DNA of 64,000 bases from Candidatus Omnitrophota bacterium. GTDB lineage: Bacteria; Omnitrophota; Gorgyraeia; Gygaellales; Profunditerraquicolaceae. Under the pieces are notes generated by a model that made no database searches, was not told where the DNA came from, and was given only the letters and a program-made list of their open reading frames with translations. Shown one piece after another: positions 57,364-64,000 of the stretch. The position numbers and the translations under genes were made by a program. Location: contig JALOCB010000003.1 of NCBI GenBank assembly GCA_023227985.1, positions 5,260 to 69,259 of the forward strand. The letters run 5' to 3'. The first letter of the stretch is position 1. Every line of letters starts with the position of its first letter.

Positions 57364-59600
57364 AACGGGCAAGCGTGAAATACAGGATGGATCTTGTCGC
57401 TCTGGCGTTATTTTGCTGCATATGGTTTTTTGCTTATTGCCAGTCGGCAGAAGCCGGGGAAATCCAGACTTCAAAGGGCAAAGTCATCACCGGCATCGAT
57501 ACGGATGAGGCACTCAAGAAATACGGCATGCCTGATTCTATCCGCGATGATTTTTGGTATTATTCTCCCCCGCGGGAATTTTTTATTTATTTCCCGGGCA
57601 AGACTGAGCAGGTTTATCTTTATCCGCAGGCCTGCAAATCCCCTCCGGGAGAAGCGATAGCGTTCCGGGTATTTGCCGGTACCCCGGAATCCGGGATAAC
57701 CGATGTTAGCGCGGATTCGAAAATACTGGTTAGTGACCCTAAGGCCTGCAAGGTCACTGGGCGAAACGTTGTTATCCCGCGATATACCGGCGAGTATCAG
57801 GTTTTTGCCGGGTATAATGGGAGATTGAGCGGCCCGGCTTATCTTAGCTGCAAAGAAGTAGAGCGGCAAGAAGGCAAAAAGGTAATTATAAATGTCCTGC
57901 CGTATAAAGCGCGAGTCCCTATGGGCAGAGTTACCGAATTTACGGCATTAGGGGTTTTTCCTCTTGAAGGATATACGGTAAAGGATATCAGCGCCAAGGC
58001 CAAATGGTTTATCCGTCAAGACACTAATGTTATGCCTTGCCGGAATAATACACTTTCTTTTTCTTCCGCGGGCAAGTTCGATGTTTTCTGTGAATACGCG
58101 GATGAGCAAAGTCCGGTTCAGCCTGTCTATGCCAGGAAAAGCCGCGATAATCCGCCGCATATTCTGAGGAATATACTTCTTTTACCTGAATCAGTCAAGC
58201 TTAAAGTAAAACAAACGGTGTTTCTGAAAGCCTTCGGGACATACTATGATAATAAAGTGGTTGATATCACCGCGGATGTGCGCTGGTTGATTTCCGATAA
58301 AAAAATAGGGAATATACTGCAAAACGGTGTCTTTTACGCCCGGACCCCGGGAAGCACCGAGATAACCGCCAGTTTTGCCGGCCGCCTGAAGAGTTTGCCT
58401 ATAAGAATATCCGTTAGAGAATCCGTTGATCCCGAGAGAAATAGGACCAAGTCTGATAAGCCGCCGGAGAAAGACCCCGACGAGGATAAAAATAAAGATA
58501 ATGATAATGAAACGCCCCTGAACCGGCCCGGCCAGGAGGATGCCGATGACCCGGTCCGGCAAACTCAGAACGATGGCAATCGGATGAATGGCAAGGCGTT
58601 AAAAAAACAGGTTAAATTGGTCCGGATAAAGATATCCCCCGGGGATCTTAAAGTGCCTTCCGGCAAAGAAGCCGGATTAAAGGCTGTCGCTATATACAGT
58701 GACGGAAGGGAAAAAGATATTACTTCGGTTGGTGATTGGGCGGCGCGTGATGAAAACATCGCTGTTGTTGCCCAGGGCAGACTTTCCGGATTGTCCGCCG
58801 GAAAAACTAATGTCAGCGTGAAGATGCGGGGAGTGGAAAGCGAGCCTGTGCCGGTCACGGTTACGGGCCCGGACCTGCTTTCTATAATAGTTGCTCCGCA
58901 GAAAGCTAAATTATCCCGCCTTGACCGGATGCGATTAAAAGCGCAAGGTTATTATTCGGATTTTTCGTTTAAGGATATAACTTTACAAGCGGCTTGGCCG
59001 GTCACCGGACGGCGGATATTGAAAGTCGAGAAGTCCGTGATCATTCCTTTGGGATTCGGTAAAACTGTGATCAACGCCGAATATGCCGGGGTAAGATCGC
59101 TTCCGGTGAGCGTTGAGATAGTTTTTACCTGGGCCTGGTTTTGGCGGGTATGCCGCATGATTCTGGCGCAACTTGTTTTGGTTTTATTTTTATTGTTTCT
59201 CATATTTTATCTGATGATCAAACACAAGGCTAAAAAGATCCTCGGGCTCAAGGACAATCCCCGGGGATTTATCAGCGCGGCCTACAATAATTTGAAGCGG
59301 GTTATGGGTATATTTGGTTTTCAGGACCGGCCAGGCCAGGCGCCATTGACCTTTGCCAGGCTGGCCGAAGAAAAATTCCGCATAAAAGGCCGGGTATTTA
59401 TCAGCTTGACCGAGAAATTGGAGGAAGCCTTGTATAGCCGAAATTCGCTTAGCTTTGAAGACGTTAATTCAGCCAATTTGTATTATGAACTGGCATTGAA
59501 AGATATATCGGCTAATTATGGAAAGGTTTCCCTGGCGCTTAAATACCTGCGGGCTTTGGTAAAAATGACCCCTTTCGCATTGAAAACGACAAAATATTGA
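57360..59600 (+). CDS. Bacterial Ig-like (Big_2) repeat protein with C-terminal TM anchor (746 aa)
   Basis: Signal peptide. Repeated beta-rich ~90-aa modules. TM segment ILAQLVLVLFLLFLIFYLMI near the C-terminus. Translationally coupled to the upstream gene. Confidence 0.5.
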   Translation: MKRASVKYRMDLVALALFCCIWFFAYCQSAEAGEIQTSKGKVITGIDTDEALKKYGMPDSIRDDFWYYSPPREFFIYFPGKTEQVYLYPQACKSPPGEAIAFRVFAGTPESGITDVSADSKILVSDPKACKVTGRNVVIPRYTGEYQVFAGYNGRLSGPAYLSCKEVERQEGKKVIINVLPYKARVPMGRVTEFTALGVFPLEGYTVKDISAKAKWFIRQDTNVMPCRNNTLSFSSAGKFDVFCEYADEQSPVQPVYARKSRDNPPHILRNILLLPESVKLKVKQTVFLKAFGTYYDNKVVDITADVRWLISDKKIGNILQNGVFYARTPGSTEITASFAGRLKSLPIRISVRESVDPERNRTKSDKPPEKDPDEDKNKDNDNETPLNRPGQEDADDPVRQTQNDGNRMNGKALKKQVKLVRIKISPGDLKVPSGKEAGLKAVAIYSDGREKDITSVGDWAARDENIAVVAQGRLSGLSAGKTNVSVKMRGVESEPVPVTVTGPDLLSIIVAPQKAKLSRLDRMRLKAQGYYSDFSFKDITLQAAWPVTGRRILKVEKSVIIPLGFGKTVINAEYAGVRSLPVSVEIVFTWAWFWRVCRMILAQLVLVLFLLFLIFYLMIKHKAKKILGLKDNPRGFISAAYNNLKRVMGIFGFQDRPGQAPLTFARLAEEKFRIKGRVFISLTEKLEEALYSRNSLSFEDVNSANLYYELALKDISANYGKVSLALKYLRALVKMTPFALKTTKY

Positions 59601-59685
59601 TTTTACCTGGTTTAAATGGTATAATCCATCAATATTAAGTAATCTTAAGCAAGACAGCGTTATTTCAGTTGAGGTGCGATAAAAT

Positions 59686-61293
59686 ATGGTTCAGGATCTT
59701 ATTTTTGGGGTAGTGGGCGGTCTCGGCTTGTTTATATATGGGATAAACGAGATGAGCGAGGGCCTGCATAAAGCCTGCGGGGACAGGATGCGCAGGATAC
59801 TGCATAACCTTACCGGCAATCCTGTAAAAGGCGTTTTAGTCGGAGCGTGTATCACTTCGGTCATTCAGTCTTCTTCCGCCACTACTGTTATGGTCGTGGG
59901 GTTTGTTAATGCAGGGTTAATGAATATGATCCAGGCTTTAGGGGTTATATTCGGCGCCAATATCGGAACGACAATAACCGGGCAATTGATCGCTTTCCGG
60001 CTTACCGCATACGCGCTTCCTATTATAGGCTTGGGCATGCTTATTTTATTGGTTTGCCCGAAGAAAAAGCATAAATATATCGGCGAGTTCTTGCTGGGTT
60101 TTGGCATTCTTTTTTTGGGGTTGAATATACTTACCGGCGTAGTAGAACCTCTTGGCCAGTATCCGTGGTTCAAGAATATATTCATCAGTTTCAGTAAAAA
60201 CCCCTTTTTAGGGATATTGGCCGGTTTTGTGGTCACCGCCACCTTGCAGAGCAGCTCGGTTGGGACCGGTATGGTAATCGGTTTGGCAATGGTAAACCTG
60301 ATCGATCTAAAGGCGGCAATACCGCTAGTATTGGGCTGCGATATCGGGACTTGCGTTACGGCGTTGATCGCTTCAGTGAACACGAATATTGCCGCGAAGC
60401 GGGTCGCGGTAGGCCATATATTGTTTAATATCATCGGCGCGCTGATATTCCTGCCGTTTCTGGGGGTATTTGAAAACCTGGCTATTCATACATCGAGCAT
60501 GCTGCCCCGGCAGATCGCTAACGCGAATACCTTGTTTAAGATAATAAATACGGTTATATTTCTGGTATTTGTGAAGTATTACGCGGCTTTTCTCACGAAA
60601 ATAGTGAAAGGCAAGGAAGAAGAGGATGTCGATTATTTGCCTAAATACCTGGAACGGCATCTGCTGAATACTCCACCCATAGCTATTGAAGCCGCGATCA
60701 AAGAGATCGTCAGGGTTATGTATTTGACCAAAAAAATGGTCAATGCCGCTATGAACGGTTTATTGAGGAATGAAAACAAGAACCTGGAAAAGATCGTCCG
60801 CAACGAAGAGGCGGTCGATTCTTTGAGGGACGCGATCACGAATTATCTGGTTGAGATCATGCAGCAGGAATTAAGCCCGCAGGAATCGAAAAAGATACCG
60901 CCGCTTATCCACGCGATCAATGATGTGGAAAGGATCGGCGACCACGCGGAGAATTTAAGAGCCTTGGCTGAACAGAGGATCGACAGCAATATTTCTCTTT
61001 CCCGGGAAGCGCTGGATGAATTAAGAACGATGTTTGTTGATTTGAACCTGATGATCGACAGCGCGATCGGCGCCTTGTCTTCGAATAACATTGATGAGGC
61101 GAAGAAAGTGCTCGATCAGGAGCCGGAGATCAATACATTAAGAGACAGGTTAAAGAACAACCATGTAAAACGCCTTGAAAACCGGGTTTGTAATGTCCCT
61201 TCCGGGGTGATTTTTCTGGATACTATAAACAACCTGGAAAAGATCGGGGATCATCTTGTTAATGTGGCTCAAGCCGTAAAACAGGGGTTATGA
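59686..61293 (+). CDS. Na+/phosphate cotransporter family protein with PhoU-like C-terminal domains
   Basis: Duplicated membrane repeats (NptA-like: GANIGTTITGQ, VVTATLQSSS). C-terminal helical PhoU-like repeats (RIGDHAENL, KIGDHLVNV). Confidence 0.8.
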   Translation: MVQDLIFGVVGGLGLFIYGINEMSEGLHKACGDRMRRILHNLTGNPVKGVLVGACITSVIQSSSATTVMVVGFVNAGLMNMIQALGVIFGANIGTTITGQLIAFRLTAYALPIIGLGMLILLVCPKKKHKYIGEFLLGFGILFLGLNILTGVVEPLGQYPWFKNIFISFSKNPFLGILAGFVVTATLQSSSVGTGMVIGLAMVNLIDLKAAIPLVLGCDIGTCVTALIASVNTNIAAKRVAVGHILFNIIGALIFLPFLGVFENLAIHTSSMLPRQIANANTLFKIINTVIFLVFVKYYAAFLTKIVKGKEEEDVDYLPKYLERHLLNTPPIAIEAAIKEIVRVMYLTKKMVNAAMNGLLRNENKNLEKIVRNEEAVDSLRDAITNYLVEIMQQELSPQESKKIPPLIHAINDVERIGDHAENLRALAEQRIDSNISLSREALDELRTMFVDLNLMIDSAIGALSSNNIDEAKKVLDQEPEINTLRDRLKNNHVKRLENRVCNVPSGVIFLDTINNLEKIGDHLVNVAQAVKQGL

Positions 61294-61330
61294 TAAAAGG
61301 TCTGTTCCGGTCTCGGGCCTGTTCAGTTCA

Positions 61331-62047
61331 ATGAAGATCAAGATCATAAAATGGATCAAGAAACAGGTGTCCCGGGCTAAAGCGGGCGGTTTGGTTTTAG
61401 GCTTAAGCGGAGGATTGGATTCCTGCGTAGCCGCTGTCCTGGCAATTAAAGCCTTGGGAAAGAACAGGGTTTTGAGTTTGATATTGCCCTGTCACAGCCA
61501 TAATAACGACTTAAAGCATGCCCGGATGGTCAGCCGGAAATTCGGCATAAAGAATAAGGTTATTGATCTTTCAGGGATATATGACAGCCTTTTGAAAGCC
61601 TTGCCGGCTGCGGACAGGATGACCCGGGCTAATCTCAGGCCCAGGCTGCGGATGATGGTCCTTTATTATTTTGCCCGGAAATTAAAGTACCTGGTCTGCG
61701 GGACGAGCAATAAATCCGAATTAATGACCGGTTATTTCACGAAGTACGGGGATGGGGCCAGCGATATCCTGCCTATTGGGGATCTGGTGAAATCCCGGGT
61801 CAAGGCATTGGCGCGTGAGCTGGGCATACCCGAAGCAGTCATAGCTAAACCGCCTACAGCCGGACTCTGGGACGGCCAGACCGATGAAGCGGACCTGGGC
61901 ATTACTTATCTGGAACTGGATGATATTCTGTTGCGCCTGGGAAAAAGGCGTAAACAGGTCATTGCCGGAGCTAAGGTCAATAAGGTAAAGAGGCTTATTA
62001 AGAATTCCGAACATAAAAGGCATAAGCCTGCTGTTTGCAGAATATAG
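61331..62047 (+). CDS. nadE: NH3-dependent NAD+ synthetase
   Basis: PP-loop LGLSGGLDS. 238 aa. Motifs TSNKSE and GDG. Confidence 0.8.
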   Translation: MKIKIIKWIKKQVSRAKAGGLVLGLSGGLDSCVAAVLAIKALGKNRVLSLILPCHSHNNDLKHARMVSRKFGIKNKVIDLSGIYDSLLKALPAADRMTRANLRPRLRMMVLYYFARKLKYLVCGTSNKSELMTGYFTKYGDGASDILPIGDLVKSRVKALARELGIPEAVIAKPPTAGLWDGQTDEADLGITYLELDDILLRLGKRRKQVIAGAKVNKVKRLIKNSEHKRHKPAVCRI

Positions 62048-62060
62048 CCAAAACGGAGGG

Positions 62061-62549
62061 ATGATGGACGAGATATTGGAGATATTGGAGAAAGACTGCC
62101 GGACTACCAGCGAAGAGATAGCCAAGATGCTGAAGAAAAAACCGGCTGAGGTGAAAAAGGCGGTAGCCAAATATGAAAAGGACGGAGTGATCCTCAAGTA
62201 TAAGGCGGTCATCAACCGGGAATTGGTCCGCGATTCCGATAATGAGGTCCGGGCGCTGATCGAGGTAAATCTTATACCCCAGAAGGATGTGGGTTTTGAT
62301 AAGATCGCCGAACGGATATACCTCTTCCCGGAAGTTTCAAGCTGTTTTTTGCTTTCCGGGACATATGACCTTTTGTTGATCGTAAGGGGCAAAGATATCC
62401 ATACTGTTTCCAGGTTCATCTCCGAAAAGCTTTCCCCGATGGAAAATGTCAGAGGCGTGGTCACGCATTTTTTGCTGAAGAAATACAAGGAAGACGGAGT
62501 GATCTTAAAACAAAAAGAGGATAATAAAAGGATAGCTATTTCGTATTAA
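62061..62549 (+). CDS. Lrp/AsnC family transcriptional regulator
   Basis: N-terminal HTH followed by an RAM/ACT-like domain. 162 aa. Confidence 0.75.
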   Translation: MMDEILEILEKDCRTTSEEIAKMLKKKPAEVKKAVAKYEKDGVILKYKAVINRELVRDSDNEVRALIEVNLIPQKDVGFDKIAERIYLFPEVSSCFLLSGTYDLLLIVRGKDIHTVSRFISEKLSPMENVRGVVTHFLLKKYKEDGVILKQKEDNKRIAISY

Positions 62550-62564
62550 AGCGCGGGTAATCTT

Positions 62565-63728
62565 ATGAATAAAAATATTGTCGCCACAAAAGTCGAGCAG
62601 ATGCAGCCCTCAGGCATACGGGTATTCTTTGACCTTGTCCTGGGTATGAAGGATATTATATCCCTGGGTGTGGGAGAGCCGGATTTTGTCACGCCGTGGC
62701 AGATCCGTGAAGCAGGGATCACTTCCCTTGAAGAAGGCTTTACCTCGTATACCTCGAATAAGGGGCTGTATAAGCTGCGTCTGTCGATCAGCCGCCACCT
62801 GAAGAATAAATACGGACTGGAATATTCGCCTGACGACGAGATATTGGTTACCGTGGGCGTAAGCGAAGGGATCGATTTGGCTTTGCGCACGATCGTCAAC
62901 CCCGGGGATAAGATCCTGGTGCCGAGGCCGGGTTATGTCTCTTACGGCCCGATGGCTGAGCTTGCGGGCGGGATACCGGTATATATCGACACTTCCAAAG
63001 ACGGGTTCAAGCTGACCCCGGAGAATATTTCTCGGTGCATCGACAAAAAGACCAAAGGCATCATCCTGAATTATCCCGTTAATCCCACCGGGGTTTCTTA
63101 TACCCGAAAGGAGCTGGAGGCGATAAAAAAGGTCCTGTTAAAGCACGGTATTTTATGTATGTCGGATGAGATCTATAGTGATCTCACCTACGATTTTGAG
63201 CATATCTCTTTCCCGTCGTTGAGCGGGGCAAAGGAAAACACCGTTTATTTCAACGGATTCTCTAAAAGTTTTGCCATGACCGGCTGGCGCGTGGGGTATG
63301 CCTGCGGGCCCAAGGCGATTATCGACGCGATGACTAAGATACATCAATATACGATAATGTGCGTGCCTATTACCAGCCAGATGGCGGCATGCGAGGCGTT
63401 GCAGACAGGTAAGCGGTCTGTCGAAGAAATGAAGCGGGAATATAAGCGAAGGCGGGAATTCGTTTTTAGCGAACTTAACCGTATCGGATTAACCTGTTCC
63501 AAGCCCCAGGGCGCATTTTACGCTTTCGCCTCGGTGAAGAAGACCGGCATGCACTGCATGGATTTTGCCAGGAAACTGCTGGCTGAGCAGAAAGTCGCGG
63601 TTGTCCCCGGGACAGCTTTCGGGGAGCAATTCACGGATTTTATCCGTATCTCATACGCCTCGAGTTTTGATAATCTTAAAGAGGCGTTCAGCCGGATGGC
63701 CGCGTGCATGGCGGACATTAAAAGATAA
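62565..63728 (+). CDS. Pyridoxal-phosphate-dependent aminotransferase class I/II (aspartate aminotransferase-like)
   Basis: SLGVGEPDF, PLP-lysine motif FSKSFAMTGWRVGY, NPTG. 387 aa. Confidence 0.85.
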   Translation: MNKNIVATKVEQMQPSGIRVFFDLVLGMKDIISLGVGEPDFVTPWQIREAGITSLEEGFTSYTSNKGLYKLRLSISRHLKNKYGLEYSPDDEILVTVGVSEGIDLALRTIVNPGDKILVPRPGYVSYGPMAELAGGIPVYIDTSKDGFKLTPENISRCIDKKTKGIILNYPVNPTGVSYTRKELEAIKKVLLKHGILCMSDEIYSDLTYDFEHISFPSLSGAKENTVYFNGFSKSFAMTGWRVGYACGPKAIIDAMTKIHQYTIMCVPITSQMAACEALQTGKRSVEEMKREYKRRREFVFSELNRIGLTCSKPQGAFYAFASVKKTGMHCMDFARKLLAEQKVAVVPGTAFGEQFTDFIRISYASSFDNLKEAFSRMAACMADIKR

Positions 63729-63840
63729 TTTATACCCGAACTCAATGGAGAGGGCGGTGTTGCGATGAGATCTGACACCCGGCGCAATTGGAATATGCGC
63801 CGGTGTTGATTCTCTAATCAAGGAGGGTTCAGTGGCTAAG

Positions 63841-64000
63841 ATGACCAATCAGGAGATACTGAAGATAGTCAAGGAGCGCAAGATAAAGTTTATCCGCTTA
63901 TGTTTCACCGATGTCCTGGGTTTTTTGAAAGGGTTTGCTATTACCCCTGATGAATTGCCCGGTGCATTGGAAGAGGGAATGGGATTTGACGGTTCGTCGA
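63841..64000 (+). CDS. glnA: Glutamine synthetase, N-terminal fragment (3'-truncated by window end)
   Basis: MTNQEILKIVKERKIKFIRLCFTDVLGFLKGF... is a typical GS beta-grasp N-terminus (FIRLCFTD ~ FVRLQFTD). RBS aggagg lies upstream. Confidence 0.6.
   Translation, partial: MTNQEILKIVKERKIKFIRLCFTDVLGFLKGFAITPDELPGALEEGMGFDGSS

Overview
The window looks like a chromosomal segment from an uncultured bacterium (about 50% GC, dense coding, no IS elements or CRISPR). Two features stand out.

**1. Giant fused glycolytic genes (4..17302, + strand).** Three tandem genes encode proteins of more than 1587 aa (5' truncated by the window), 2590 aa and 1507 aa. Each is an end-to-end fusion of glycolytic enzyme domains.
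- Gene 1: class II fructose-bisphosphate aldolase segments, a PPi-type phosphofructokinase, GAPDH, and a conserved C-terminal module.
- Gene 2: an N-terminal hydrophobic anchor, a pyruvate phosphate dikinase-like region (ATP-grasp, phospho-His domain, PEP-utilising barrel), about 900 aa of unassigned sequence, and the same C-terminal module as gene 1.
- Gene 3: the same N-terminal anchor motif, then triosephosphate isomerase, phosphoglycerate kinase and enolase.
- After each gene's stop codon sit paired palindromic motifs: CAAGACCSGGTCTTG twice, and AGAGGCCTCTG after the last gene.
- The C-terminal modules of genes 1 and 2 are about 80% identical at nucleotide level.
- A canonical stand-alone enolase and an archaeal-type phosphoglycerate mutase are also present elsewhere in the window.

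**2. A split initiator tRNA (29369..30067, - strand).** An initiator tRNA-fMet has the C1xA72 mismatch and an anticodon arm identical to E. coli tRNA-fMet. It is interrupted between U33 and C34 by a 625-nt group I intron whose core closely matches the Azoarcus/cyanobacterial IC3 introns (R element GUGUAGAGACUAAACGG, S element AAGAUAUAGUCC, U at -1, G at omega). The intron carries a 91-aa ORF resembling a small PD-(D/E)xK nuclease that starts at intron nucleotide 3.

**Other content.**
- A tandem-PilZ c-di-GMP receptor.
- A sugar ABC transporter cluster with two paralogous clan GH-A glycoside hydrolases, a secreted protein built of tandem repeat modules, and a TPR-like secreted protein.
- eno-ftsB, ftsH, purN, and a complete rnfCDGEAB operon.
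- An MFS transporter, tRNA-Thr(CGU), a ROK regulator and a LacI regulator.
- A class II (B12) ribonucleotide reductase preceded by two NrdR boxes and a clean sigma70 promoter.
- apgM, mnmG, a MoxR-DUF58 cluster with large Big_2/repeat proteins, a Na/Pi cotransporter, nadE, an Lrp regulator, an aminotransferase, and the start of glnA.
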